A program made the position numbers and the translations under genes. From the NCBI GenBank assembly GCA_963514005.1, contig OY740800.1, forward strand, positions 41,602,001-41,666,000: a stretch of 64,000 bases of DNA. Direction: 5' to 3'. The DNA is from Raja brachyura (Eukaryota). Positions 1 to 14,385 of the stretch are shown one piece after another; position 1 is the stretch's first letter; the number at the start of each line of letters is the position of its first letter. The notes beneath the pieces are model-generated. The model was not told the origin of the DNA. It saw nothing but the letters and a program-made list of their open reading frames with translations, and searched no databases.

Positions 1-40
1 TTGCCTGCATTTTAAAGAGAACAAGCCCTTTGTAACTATA

Positions 41-110
41 GAAACGTTGCCTATCTCCTTCGCTTCTTAGATGCTGCTGCACCTGCTGAGTTTCTCCAGC
101 CTATTGTGTA
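41..110 (+). mobile_element. Short Penelope-derived non-autonomous insert
   Basis: Same GAAACGT...agatgctgc...ctgagtttctccagc unit as other copies in the window; exact 14-bp direct repeat ccctttgtaactat at 26-39 and 111-124. Confidence 0.75.
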
Positions 111-249
111 CCCTTTGTAACTATGATCATCGTAAAAATACAAGTACTTAGTAAAAGTTTTGATGCCTGTAATTGTAATTTAAATCTGGTTCAATTAAAA
201 AGGGACTTACCCTGTATAAATGTAGTTAATTTGTATTCCATGACCTTAA

Positions 250-815
250 TGGGGCTGTCCCACTTAGGCAATTTTTTTGGTGACTGTCATAGTCGTAGCA
301 GTCGCCGAAAAATCAGCGACTGGACCCCCCTACGACAATGTCTATGACAACCAACCTCCTAGTCAACGTCAAGCTACGGCAACTTACCGACAACTGGCGA
401 CCCATTAGCACGTTCACCTACAACCTCATCTATGACAAACTACATCCACCCGCGATAAGCTATGACAAGGTAAGACAATTCAGTCTCCGGTAACTGTCAC
501 CGGTTAATGCAGGTAGTCGCCAATGGAATTCACCGGTCAGCACCGGCGTCAATCTATGCATTCCTGGCGACAATCTATGTAATCTTGACGACAACCTACG
601 TCATCCTGGCGATAGCACCTACGTCAGGCTACGATTGTTGGCATCAAGCCCACGGGTGCCGACTCGCCGAAAAGTTTCGAACAATTCAAAATCCAGTGGC
701 GACCAGAAAAAAGGTACGACTCTTTGGGCGACTGAGGAGACCATACAGGCGACACCCCGGCGACAGCCTAGTCACCTGTAGTCGCCTAAAAAATCGCCTA
801 AGTGGGACAGGGGCA
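250..815. mobile_element. PIF/Harbinger-like MITE
   Basis: Terminal inverted repeats tggggctgtcccacttaggcaattttt / aaaaatcgcctaagtgggacaggggca; TAA on both sides (247-249, 816-818); no transposase ORF; related to 36892-37188. Confidence 0.75.
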
Positions 816-3800
816 TAAGTGCCTTTAAAAATATTTAAATGTTGACTGATCCATCATGGATTTATTTACTGTGGTTATCTTTATTATATCAGTTTGCTTT
901 AACACATATCATTCGACCTGAACAATTCTGGGCCTCAAAGGGATTCAGATCTTGGTGCACATTGCTATTTTCAGGCAAGCTGTGCATTTTTTAAATTGTT
1001 ATTTATAAAATAGATTAATCATGTTGCATTAAAGAGTTGACTACAAATATTTCAACAGTTGGGCAACAGTTACCAATAGTTTAGCATATACAGTAAGAAA
1101 ACATCTTTGTGGACAAGATGCTTTTTAAATTTATGAAATCAGCTTACCATTCCACAGAGTATATCCTCGAGAAAAAAAATATTTACAGCTTATTCTGGTT
1201 ATTGATTCATGTATGCAGCAAATATCTTGTCATCAATTAATATTTAAGTTGTTTGTTATCAAATTGAATATAAACTATTACTGCATAAGTTATGACCTTA
1301 ATAAACATATTTCAGTGAGATTGAAGGTTTTCATGTGCTATATAGACGGTTGTCTAAGATTACAGCTATCAATTCAAAGGAATTTTTTTAAATAATCTTT
1401 ACTATATCAAAGTATTATTCATGGAATGTACTTGAGCAAAAGAGGTTTGCAATTGCTGGGTTGCATGCAAAATAAATGTACACGTAAAGTAAAATACTTC
1501 TATTGTTTTACTGAAATCTCCTATGATGATCCAAAAGCTATCCAGCTTGATGTCTCTGAAGAGTCCAACTTGTTATCAGCTGCACAACAACAATTCAAAC
1601 AATGTAAAACTAGTAGCAGTGAAAAAAAATCTGCATAAACAGAGCCTAGTGAAGAACGCAGATTTAACAATAAACAAAACTTCAAACCCTCTCAACAATT
1701 CCCGATAATTTTCAAAGAATTATACTGCATATATTACTTCCTCGTAATTTAAAGGTAGTGCTCAAGAAAAGTTCACAACAGTAAAAAAAAAAGTAGACCT
1801 ACCTTAGCAACACTTTCCTTAACTGCTCTTAGTGTAGAGAAATATATTGGACTTGGTACTTAAAGTAGTAGCTATTTTAACTTTATCTATTTGGTTGCTT
1901 TACCAAATCAGTTTTGGAGGGAACACTAATATTTTCCTATGTTCACATACACAAACAGTGGAGTATGGTTACCCAAGTGACCTTCTAAATACTTTTTTGT
2001 TAGAACTCGTCATCCTTGAATAATTATCAAGTCAGGCTTTTAAATCTATAAACATAATAGCTTCTGACATTTTAAATAATCTTTTAGCCAAAAAGGAGTC
2101 AGCATTATTCATTTAAAATGCATCTCAATATTTATAAACATTCTAAATTATATTCAGAATAGATAACGTAATTCTTTTTTAAGTCTCTGATTTACAATGA
2201 GAGAAATTATATATATTTTAAAATAATAGCTTAAATGTGTTAAATTTCCACTTTAAGCAAACAAAGCTTCCCACTCTGCTACATTGTCTTTACAATGGTG
2301 TTTTTGTTTCTAGTTTACAGACAAATTCTTTGTATCAATAATGAATTTGAATTAACTCTTCAATGAAGCCTTTCATTACGAAAACAAAACCCAGAACCTG
2401 AACTGGCAACTGTTTCCTAGTTATTTTCAATAATTAAAAGGCAGAGGGAAGGATTATCCCCAAGAATAGAAGCTCGTACAGTATATCTCCTCTTTCCCTA
2501 CTAAGTGCTTTATATAGGATACTAATAAAATGTGCTCATTCCCAAGCATGTTCAGAAATAACAAGTGTTAAACAATAGGTCTGATATTACCCAGCATGGG
2601 AGAAGCAGCAGTCTGATACAGCAGAACTCCTAGCACTCATAGAGGAGCTTCAAATTGAATATTCACACTTATATCAACAATGAGATGGATAAATATGACG
2701 AATGTACATGTTTAATACCTGTTTGAGTATTTACACCAGAAAATGATTGTGAAAATGAATGAGATTGTTTTCAAAATTACTACCCGTTATCAAATTTGTC
2801 CATTTCTAGTAAGTGCAACACCCTTTCATTAATCGAATGTCACAATCCATGCCCAGAATTATGATATTAGTAGTATTTAAGTTAATTGATCTAATTAACT
2901 CAGGCAAAGTTACACTATGTTAAACATTCCAAAATCTTTTTGATCCTGTTAGATTCCACAAATCTCCCCTCAATTGTATGCTCTTGAGAACTGTAATCAA
3001 GAAATCTTACCGCTGCTTGTCTTGGAAATTTTAAATTGGCACACGGGAAACCAAAAAGCAACAGAATAATCTGTCTTGACGTGATCCTTTTCCCTTAGAT
3101 TTCCTTGATAAGTTTAAATCTATTATTGTATTTATACATTTGACATATGTAAATATATCAGATTTTGTAGGTTTCGTGTGTTGCAGCTCAAGGCTGGATC
3201 AACTCAAAGAAACATACAGAAATAAGGTATTTGGCTTGAATAGATTAACATCAAGGGATTTTTGCACTCGGAAAATAGCATGTTTCTGGCCTCCTGACTT
3301 CATCCTCCCCAGCGTGTGGAGCTTTATCCTCCATCAGATGCCCATTTGAAGTGGACCACTGATGATTATTAATTGAAATGGACAAGGATACAACTGTGCA
3401 TGTGCAATAGGTGGCTATTCCTAAATGTGAGGATCCCTCCAAGGGCTCGCTAAACTCCAAAAATAGCATCCAGAAGTTGTGCTTTTTATTCAAACATTTA
3501 ATGAATTGCAACCACCATTTGCTTTCAAAACTACGGATCACAGTGGATTAAGAAATGTTCATAATTTATTATGCTGATTCTAATAATTTTCTCTATTTCT
3601 TTAAGGCTTGGAGTTCAGATGAAACGCATGGCTGGGTATTAAATGATCTGTTGTGAGAAAAGTAGTCCCTGTGTTGACGAAGGGTCCAGTGCCGTACTGT
3701 TCTAAAATGTTTCACTTGTTTCAGAACACAATGCTTACTTTCTTCATTTTATTCCAAAGGGATCACAGCAAAAGTCAATATGCTGAGAGATAAACAGGCT

Positions 3801-4844
3801 GTCAAAGCTTTGTGTAAAAAAAATGCATATAATTACAAAGAGTCCAGGCGTATTCTTAAAGAATTTAAAGGTTAACATTTGAAATTAGAGAATAATTTAA
3901 AAAATAAATCCAATAATCATGCAGCAGAGAAAATGCTCACCTCATATCTGCCACAATTTCTAATTGAGTATCTGACAACTATTTTCGTCCAGCCTTTGTG
4001 CTCCAAACTTCTGCTATACTTCTGTGTTTCAAGCACGTTGCATGTCCAATATAGGTCTCACTGCCTGGCTGGACCATTGTCGTGTTCTTTTAAAAAGGAA
4101 AGAAAAGCAAATTCCTTCTGCAGTGCTAAACGCTGCCATGTAGCACTCGCTTCTATAGAAGTTGCCTGGAGAGGAGAACTTTACATTTTTTGTTAATTGA
4201 GATGGGATTTCAATGTCTACCTAAATGCACTTACAACAATGCCAGGAGTACAATGTGCTTCTCACAGTAATGAAAGTGTCTTACAGTGGAGACTATACCA
4301 ACATTAATCATCAGTACAGTGTATCTGCTGCATGCCACTGCAGCCTGTGACATTTTATTTCATGCTAAGCGCAGCTGCCAGTACATCATTGGCATGAAAA
4401 CCAAAGCACTCAGAATTCTGCAATAGTTCAAGTATTCTCAGGAGGAAATAGTGCTCTTTCTCCCTCCCCCTTTCTCTTTTCTTGTAGAGGAGACAGCTGA
4501 GAACAGCAATTCACAGACCTTTCTTCAACTGTCATTCACCACGCCCTGTCTGGTCCCTCCTACTATCTCTGTCTCATTAAAAATGGTGCCAAACTGGCAG
4601 CATGCCACATGCTAAACGAACAATTTTTCCTTCAGAAAAAAAAAAGCAAAACCAGTTTATCACCATTCTCATCTCAATACACACGATTACTTTACATTGC
4701 CAATTTTTTTTTAATATTACTGCCGACTGCAGCAAACAGTCATTTAAAAAAAAACTTGCAAGATATAGGCTGGCTTCTTCTCTGGCTACTTTCTAGTTTA
4801 TTGAACAAGAAGCTGGCAGTTGTCCAAACCCACTGTCGGAAAGC

Positions 4845-4933
4845 CGACCCGTCTCGATCCGAAATATCACCCATTCCTTCTCTCCAGAGATGCTGCCTGT
4901 CCCACTGAGTTACTCCTACATTTTGTGTCGACC
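4845..4933 (+). mobile_element. Short Penelope-derived insert
   Basis: gtctcgatccgaaatatcacccattccttctctccagagatgctgcc...ctgagttactcc matches the arm of 33016-33198. Confidence 0.7.
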
Positions 4934-7900
4934 GTCGCAAAGCTAGAATCAGTCAAGGTCATATTGTATGTTATCAACACAACTAGACTTACAGTAACCA
5001 TGCGCACAGTCTAAGGTTGTCTTAGTTCAGGAGTGGGGGAAGGGATCTTGATGTCCCAACCTTCCAAAATGTATTGTAAACAATATTATGATATCTATAA
5101 AGTTGTGAGCTGCCAAAACAGCCATGTGAGCTCAGTCTGCAACCAAACCTTGCTCTCCCTCTTTCTCATACTGTTCACATTTAGATGTGGAGTGTCCTTT
5201 GTGTGCATAATTTCACACTTATCAACAAAGAAAGATGCCATACTGCTCTCTGCCAGCTGATGCAGCTCCTCTGAAATGCCACAAGACTGCCGAGAGGCTC
5301 ATTAATAATTGCAGATGGCTTTCCACTCCCAAACTTAAATTCTCAAGCACTGCATGATTAAGAGAGGTTCTGAAAGCTGTTCCTATACCTTCTCTGTGCA
5401 ACAGCAACTTAAAGACGTTCACTGATTAATTCAATAAATGCCGCCATAATTCAACAATCAATTTAACAAACTAGTAAAATAGATAAATAGATGAAATTGC
5501 TTTATTTTTGTTAAACAGAGGTAATTGGAATAATTCTAAAAAACTATGCAGATTTCTTTAAAATTCTAAAAATGTGTAGATATATTTCAAACTGAAAGTT
5601 TAGTTTTTTCTTCAAATGACTCATGAAGCCATAGATTGATTGTTCATCAGTTGTACTTTCATCATAGATTAAATAAATCCGAGCTGCCACCGTACAAATG
5701 GCCAACATTATTTGTTTCAGTGAAATCATGCAATTTTAAAATGTGGCCACTTAGCGCTGCAAAATGGCAACATTAAATTGGGCAAAACAGCCTTGCGAGT
5801 ATGTTGAAGAGATCTGGCAACGCTATACCCAAGGGCATCCCCTTTGGAATGAAATTATCAGGTTACTGAGTATAGGTACTGCATAATAATCCAGTCCAAA
5901 AATGTAGTTGCTTTTTTTTCCCAAAGCAAAACAACAAAAGGTTAATGCTGTCAGAAGCAGGTTAATGAGGTTACCTGCAAGAAAGGGCATGTTGGAGTTT
6001 CCATTTCATGTCTTTCACAAAATTCTTGACAAGCCACCTAATCTTTCCTTGTTGAGAGGATTTTATGATATTCTCACTGTCACAAGAACCACAAAATCAT
6101 TCCACATTGACTCATTTTCCTTGTTTGTCCACGACCATGTGTTCATCAAAAAAAGTAGAACTGAGACAAGAAAGCCACCTGAAGTGAGTGTAGCAATGAA
6201 TGGAAGCGTTAGCAGACTATGCTACTTTGATGGCTGTAAAATGCTTCCTTTTAAGAACAGAAGTGTAAAAACAAGCCAAATGCAAGTTAAAAAACAGCAC
6301 AATATAAATCTACAAAGTAGATCAGGAGGTTGAGATTTATAGAATTATCTGTGGGACTCTCTTTGGCCACTTGTTTAAAATAACCAGCACTGTTCCTTTG
6401 TATTCTGTCTTTAAAATAATTACATTTTATATTTGAATCAGAAAACATCATGTGGAAATAGTGTTGATAAATAATGAAATATAAAATGAAACATGACAAA
6501 ATTAAACTGTGGTTATATTTTGTTATGTGTGGATCAAAAAAAATACAGTGAGCAGAGATTTCATTTAGGTATGATGTGCTCTGTTGTCCTTGGATACAGC
6601 ACTTACTCAGATAGTAAAACCCTATTTCAAGCCAATCTCTTATAACATTGCTACTGTATGGCTCGGCTGTGTGAAAAATCATTCTGGCATGATGTTACAT
6701 CCTCCATCTTAGCCACAGCTGGCACTCAGCTACATGAATAAAGAAACTGTGGTCATATATTCATTGCTGTGAGAAAACCTGAATGTTTAGGCTCCTAACA
6801 ACCACATAAAAAGTTCATTGGCACTTTTTTTTCAGTCAGCCTCCTCTGACCTATAAACCTTTGTGACTGGAACAAATGCAAATAAAGCTGACTTGCTTAG
6901 ACAAAACACTGAAGGGTATTCAAATCAGCTACTCCTGGCCTGCTAATACTAATTCACTGCATCACATGGCACAAAGCCTTTCAAAAGAAACAGTCGGCAT
7001 TTTAGGCCCATAAAATCAAAAAGGGAGGATGAAATGAAAAACAAGGCATAACTGTTGTTCAGTTACCTGCATCATTTGCTGGAACAGCAACAGCACTTTC
7101 TCTGAATATAACAACTTGTAGGACTGTTTGGCCATAGAAAATCACATTTATACCTAGTTATGCACAAGCAAATAATCCAAATAATAAGCAAAATGACTAA
7201 AAAAAACTGTATGAGGACATCAGAGGTTGAAAATAAACACATTGAATGTATGAACAAGAACGGGCAAAAACAATTAAGAAAAACACATTCTGGATAGAAT
7301 CTAAGCAACATACTCACACTCAGTTAATCTAGTACCAACCAGCTTGTGTGCTATATTCCATTTCCTCAAGTTCATTTCCAGGACTATTGAAGTTTCAATT
7401 CAATTAAACATGAAATTACTCTTTTTTCATGTCACGTCTTTGCAGAAGAAACACATTGGATTCATTCATATCAACCTGGTTATATAGGGTAGATGGTTGC
7501 AATCAATCCGGAAAATATTTCACAACATTGCAATTGTTCATGGGTGATGCCTTATCCTGCTACCTAATTGTGTATTTGCTAGCCTCAAGAATATCATCTC
7601 AGTATCTGGCTTGCCAATTGCTTTCAGAAAATCATGTATTTAAAATAATTACTTTTCTAGCAAACATAGGTTAATCCTACTCAATCTTTCCAAGTAGGAC
7701 ACTTCCTCATCCCAATATTCAATGCGGTGAATGTATTTACATGGACTGCAATGCAAATATACTATTCCTTTGGTTTGGAAACTCCATCATCATTCAATGG
7801 GTAGTCTCACCAAATCATTGTAAAATCACAGTAGATTTGGTTACTATTGTACTCCAGCCTTTTGCAAAGAACCCTGACCAACCATTTTCCTTCTCAATTG

Positions 7901-8939
7901 CTCATCTGTAACTTAATTTGTGTTTAAGTCACCAGATAATGATACACTTTACACTAACATCTGATAATTCCACTAAATAAAATGGAAAAAACTTTTAAAA
8001 TGTTTTTTAATTAATATTCATATTTACCGAGAATGCATCTGCTATTTTCTTGATACTACTTCATACTACTCATTTTCCCAACAATAAATCCGAGCTGCCG
8101 AGTCTAGCATCAAACTTGGATATGTTACGCACCATCTTTTAATGGCAATTATTAATATAGATTGTATAGCTCGATACTAACCCGTACTCGGCCTACAAAC
8201 CTAAAAAGGCAGGTTATTTCTAACCACTCTCTGTCCGTTAAGCTATCCTTTATCAATGCCAATATATTAAACTCAGCTCATTAAACCTCTTGCATTCATG
8301 CCAGCATGCCTTTTGATAGCTTGCTTATTTCTGAAACCTGGAGTAAAGTTAAATTGGAAAAAAAGTGGGAAAAGATAAATTAGGATGCAATCATTTTAAA
8401 CAGTTAGGATTCTTTACCTATTATTTATATGTCCTCAATTTGCATTTCATAGGATGATTTCAGAAGACATCCACACAATTGGCTGTTAACACTTGGCTTG
8501 TTCTCTGCTGAGATGTCTGCTGAATGCACAAGATTTATTGCATGAATTTGTTACTCTTTATCAAAAGAGTCCTAGCCTCTGAAACATTGTGTAAAGCTTA
8601 TATATTTCTAAGTTGCAGAAAAATGCTTTGAAAGTTATACCTCTAAATGTTATTTAAATGTGTTTGTAATGGATAAATATTATTACAGAACTGCTTTTCA
8701 TGAAGTATAATTTTCCCCGGCAGAGTTTCTGATTCTCATTGTGCAACATTGAGAGCTAATGAGTTCTGTAGCCACAAATGTTATATGCATTAAAACTTCA
8801 GGGACCCGAGAGGAAAAAAAACTTTTTGTACTAAGTAGAAATTATCAGAAACAAAATCATTATTTTGTTATGGTTTCAGTGTTTGGTGTTAAAATTTTAT
8901 TTTTATTTACATTAACTATTTTGCCTTATTTGGTATTGA

Positions 8940-9880
8940 TATTAATTTATTATTGTCATGTGTGCCAAAAAACTGTGAAAAACTATACAGGAGACAGGGA
9001 CAGCAAAAGTACATGTCTATGTCTATGAACCAGACTGCAGGATATAGTGTTACAGCTACAGAAAAAAGTGCAGATTAAAGTGCAATGAGGTAGGCTGGGA
9101 GATCAGGAACACATCCTTAGCCTATTACATGTCAATTGAAGAATCTGAAAACAACAGAGAACTCTGCTGCTCTTAAATCTGGTGATCCGTGCTTTCAAGC
9201 TTTTATATGTTTTTGCCCAATGGGAAAGGGGAGAAGAGGGAATGACTGAGGTGTGTGTGGTCCTTTATTATGATGGCAGTTTTCCCTACATAGCTTGGCA
9301 TAGATAGAATCAATGGGGTGGGCACGGTCCTCATCACAATCAAAGGGATCTACATGAAGCAATGTCTCAAGAAGGAGGCAGCTTTCATCAAGGATTCCCA
9401 CTATCTGGGCCACACACTCTTCTTTCTACTACTGTCAAGTAGGAGATACAGAAGCCTAAAGTCGAACACAAACATATTCAGGAACAGCTACTTTCCTACA
9501 AGTATTAGGTTCTTGAATCGACTTGCAGAACCCTAATCTTACCTCAGCAACAGACTACAACCAACTCTTGAACTACCTTAGACTTGTTCTTTTTCATGTT
9601 ATGTAAAAAAAAATATTTGTACTGTCTTGCACGTAATTGATGTATAATTTATGTTAATATGTGTTGTCTGAGTCTATGTGCCTGTGATGCAATATGGGTT
9701 TCATTGTACTTGCAGGAGATAATAAACTCTTCATGTCTTGACTTAATAAATTGTTGGTTATATTTACATCGATGAACTTGAAGCTCTCAGTCTTCTCCAT
9801 CTCAGCACCATTGATGTAGACGGGGACATTTACTCCACCCCACTTTCTGAAGTCCATGACGAGCTCTTTCATTTTTGCTG
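8940..9880. mobile_element. Rex1/Babar-type LINE 3' fragments in mixed orientation
   Basis: Plus ORF 9318-9536 ends LLSSRRYRSLKSNTNIFRNSYFPTSIRFLN (Rex/Babar C-terminus); minus ORF 9654-9872 KELVMDFRK...INGAEMEKTESFKF (late RT); minus-oriented 3' end at ~8940-9315. Confidence 0.7.
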
Positions 9881-11311
9881 ATCTAATTGCTATAAATATG
9901 CATCGGAATGTCCATTTCTATCCAATGTAAAAAATGTTTGTCACTCATACTAATTAAAAAGCAATTTCCACTTCCCCACACCTCCTAATCAATTATTCAA
10001 CGAGACCTTTACATCTGATCTACTACTATTATGAACTACATATTTTGTCATAGAAATGCAAAACTAAACAAGATATGAAACTTCAAAGAGACAATTTTTC
10101 TACAAAAATTTAAATGAATCTACTTCACTTCATACATCTTTCCTAATTCCCTCCATTCTATACTTTCTTACTCTTCATTGTCAACACAAGAGTTGATCCA
10201 ATGGCCATCAACATAACCTTTGGACACAGTTTGAAACATTAACTAATAAGGAAATGTATCCTAAAACATACTATACACATATATCTAAATTTTTCCAAAA
10301 CTGTAATTATAAAAAATTGATACATTAAGAAACCACATCACTCAATGAACAGAAATTGGAATGAATGTCACAATAATTTACATCATTGATTTAATATTTT
10401 CCTCTGATGATATTAAGAAACATTGTGGTCGAGGTTTTGCAGTCGGTGGTTAGTTGCCCGATGGATTTTTCAGGACTGATTTAGTGTCATTGGAACCGGC
10501 TTTTATAACACTGTAAAGCTTACATATTTCTAAGTTGCAAGGTGCCCAGCTAGGAAAACAGGAAAGAATATGCCTCATCAACCAATTAGATTGAAGACTC
10601 CTTACTTGAGACACGCATCCTAATTAATTAGAGTGAACTGAAAACCCGCTGCAAACAAGGTTGCAACCCTATGCCTCTGAAATCATCAACCGAGACAAAT
10701 GATTAAATCTCCCTGCTTACTCGCTGGTGGATCAACTGGTTACTTGGTGTCTTTAGGTTCTATTACACCCTTGAACCATATTCCCTCATTCCACTGCTTG
10801 GATTCTTAATGCTGGATCATCTATTGGTTCTCAATGCATTCATCTCCAACCTTAAAAAAGGTGGGAATCGTTGCCTTTATCTCCATAAATCCCAGTATTA
10901 TACATTTTCTTTCCTCAGCACTGTGCCAGATGAATTTTTCATTCAGATTGCCGACTCAAAGAATGGGCATTAAAATAAGTTATAATTGCAGGAATGGCAG
11001 TTAAAAAATATGGGGGTCAATTTTTCTTGTTGTCTTTGATAAACAGAAACAGGTATTGAACTTTCGTTGAGCTTTGCATGACCAGTTTTGAAAGGTGGAA
11101 CAGAGTATCAACCTTGATAAGAATCTCGTCTTGTGAGTCACAAGGACAAAACACAAGCCCTAACTTCTGATGTGGAAAGAAAATAAACAAATAGAGTTTA
11201 GCTCTTGAGTTTATTCAATGAAAGAAGGGTCTTTGTTAAGGCAAACTATCCTTTAGGGTAGCTAAAGGATAGACAGTACACTACAACTAAGTCACACTGA
11301 CAAAGGTCTTA

Positions 11312-11375
11312 CGTTAGTAGACAAAAATGCTGGAGAAACTCAGCGGGTGAGGCAGCATCTATGGAGCGAAGGAAC
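11312..11375 (-). mobile_element. Short Penelope-derived insert
   Basis: gtagacaaaaatgctggagaaactcagcggg...gcagcatct; 9-bp direct repeat aaggtctta at 11303-11311 and 11376-11384. Confidence 0.7.
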
Positions 11376-12339
11376 AAGGTCTTATTTTTGGATTCTGTGA
11401 AGGAATTGCATCACTTTATGAAGGCATTTTTTTTTAAACAATCTGATTAGAACTTCTCCTTGGCATGTTCTCTTTAGTATAAATCTACCTTTAAGCTTCA
11501 CTTTCCATGTCTAAGGGACATCAAAATCAAAATGCAAAAAACAAGAATATCTGGTATGTATCCCAAAGGAATGATATTGTTAAATCTTCGAATCATGCTA
11601 TTGTACGAGTGCATACTGGGCAGGCAGTATGAATCACTTCCAATAAAAGAAACCTAATCTATTTGAAGGTTTGGGAGCTAAATTTGATAGCTGCTGAAAG
11701 CAGCTGTGGGGATTATATTGCATTGGTTCTGAAGCAGGCAGCATACCAATTTAGTGTTGCTCATTTCAAATGATTCAAGCAATCACCCGCAGTGTTGATT
11801 CGCTGTACACATCAGGTGAGGACCAATTTTGTGAGCAGTTAGCTCATGCTACTGCCTGTCTTCAAGTATCAGTCAGCTTTATCGCTTTAAGCAAGGTGCA
11901 CTGTGGTGAAGCTGTCCTTAACCACAATGCACTGATTGACAATGTGGAGAGTACAGGTTTTAAGTGTATTGTATTGCATTTGCACAAAAGGGTTGTGTAT
12001 TGGAAGTGTGCTATATTTGCAGGGGACAATTTGGCCCTCCACACACGCAGTCAGAGAAGAAGGATGCACTCACTGAACTTGAAAATGGCAGCAGCTATCC
12101 TCAAAGGTAAATTCCACACAATTGGAATCAAATCTTGAAAGAAGTCCAATGAACTCACACGAGTGATCAAGTTCAGTGAATGCATCCTTAATTGCCATAT
12201 CCTACTAATTCCATCTAGGCTCACTGAACCAAACAGTTGTGAGCGTCTGCCTATCCGAACAGCAATGTAATTTTCATTCTATTATTGATCTTTCTTGCAA
12301 GCAATATAGTTAAAAAAGTGAAGCCAATTTGTTTGTGCA

Positions 12340-12800
12340 TCTTACTGGGAGATATTTGACTTTTTTGCAGTAGAACATCTCTGGTTTTGAAGTACATTCA
12401 ACTGTACAGATCTGTAGCCCATCAAGAACGACTTGCTGTGGCCTTGAACTTTCATCAACATGGATCTTACCTCCCATGTTGCAGGAGTTGTCAACATGTT
12501 GATATTTAATAGAAACAGTGACATCACCTTTGGCAAGATATTCAATTCCACAGAGTGCTAAGACAAAGACTTTATATACTAGTATTTCCATGTAACAGGC
12601 TTCGTTTTTGTTTTACTATTGGAGTCAAACACCATCCTGAACCCGAGGTAGTTTTGAGTCAAATGAAAGTTTCTTAATTAATTTATTAAGTTTAGCCAAA
12701 GTATTTGAACTTTGGTATGGTTTTCCGAGTATAGTCATCAATGCTTCATTTGGGAAGCACCTGTGACCTGACCAATAATGTGTATTTTCTTCAATTCTGT
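12340..12800 (-). mobile_element. Very degraded RTE-type LINE fragment
   Basis: Translations ILVYKVFVL, SSRPQQVVLDGL...KPEMFYCKKVK and SNTLAKLNK loosely resemble the RTE post-RT region; many stops and shifts. Confidence 0.35.
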
Positions 12801-14385
12801 GGTGAAACAATATTTATTGTATGGCTGAGAGAATCTATCGGCACAAAAGTATAGATTGGTTTCATCATGCTCTCCAAAAGGCTCCATTGTCAAATTAGAG
12901 TATTATACTGATGAGATATGGCAGATATTTGATTATGTAGGTTACATACCCTTCTGCCTGACTTCCTATTAGTTGTATTGATGAAAGCATGTCAGAGAAG
13001 AAGGGATAAGAATATGCCAAACAATATTATAACAAGTGCAAAACCTTGTTTTACCCCACTTTGTAACTTGAAGGAACTTGATGATGATCGATTATACCAT
13101 AACATTACCAAATGTTGTAATTTTTTGTGGAGGAAATTGATAATAGTCAAATGTCTCAGGGGGAAAGTGATTGTGGGGGAGGGGAGAATAAGAATTCCTT
13201 CTCAACAGTTGGTCCGATACCTTTGTTATGCTGATTTAAATTAAATACAATATTTTTAATTCTATACATTTCTCCTTCAATGGTCTGATGGTGAATATTT
13301 TGTCTCTTGTAAGTTTTTGCTCAAAAACCAGACCGGGCTTGGATGTACTCACTTTGCCTGTGTTCATGTTTCATTCAATACCACTCCAGCAACTAATTTA
13401 CCCGGGATGTTATGCAGAAAGACTCTGCAGCAGTTGCAATTACAGCACTCTTTATTTTTGCAAAGTGTTACAGTCATTTTACAGCTCTTGAGTCACTGAG
13501 ACTGTATTCTTGGATAGAAGCAATAATTCATGGAGTCAATGCAGAAGCACCCCTTTTCCATATTTGAACATTTGGCTGAAGTATCATCTATGCTCTGTTA
13601 TCTCCATGGGTACCCATAAAGTAACATGCTGGGTTCAGAGTCCAGGTCATCACTCAGACACTTCCTAATGGCATCTAGTTCTATGCCAGTGAGAGCAATC
13701 TATTTAGTATCTAGCTCCAGCTAATGTTCTAGTCAGCAATCCAAATGTTTATATTAGTCTGTGATAATTTCACCTCATTTCTTTGGTTTCTCATATCAAT
13801 GTAACATTACTCTAATATTTGGCAGGTTTTGGCAAAAACGCACATCATATCACTCTGGCATAGAGGCATTAAACTAACCAAATATTTTCCTTAGCCAAAA
13901 TGACAATTTCCATTAAGGCTAAATAAATTAAGAATGAAAAATTTGGTTCCCACCCAGTTAAGGTCTATTGTAGTGCACTGGAACTGGAGACATAGAGAAC
14001 TATTTCCATTAACATTGCACATGATGGAAATGTTTGCAAACACGAGACCAAAATCTGAAACATACATGTATTTATCCATATGATAATTATGAACAAGTTA
14101 AAAAGTTACATGCAATGTATCTGCTCGAGTTGTATCCTTAGTTTATTACATGTGCGATGAAACTGCTCTACAACCTGTGCATTAGAAAAGCAGGCCCTAG
14201 GTAGATCCTATACCATCCCACTGAACTTACTTACAACCTATACAAGAAATGGGAGCTGGATAAAGCTATATGGTCTTTCAAATCCGTTATGCCATTCATT
14301 AAGATCAAGGCTCAGATTTACTTCTCAATCTGTTGGGCATTGAATATATTCAATAATTCAGCATGTAACGGTTCTCTGCTTAGAG

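Noticed and set aside
3170-3640. Short AG...GT bounded segments as plus-strand exons
   Set aside because: Weak splice signals and no recognisable protein; unsupportable without RNA data.
5672-8099. Exact 17-mer aataaatccgagctgcc at 5672 and 8083
   Set aside because: No flanking similarity; one such match is plausible by chance in 64 kb of AT-rich DNA.
11770-12138. 122-aa plus-strand ORF as a host exon or endogenous viral gene
   Set aside because: No recognisable domain; stops flank it in frame; no convincing splice sites; adjacent to degraded LINE sequence.
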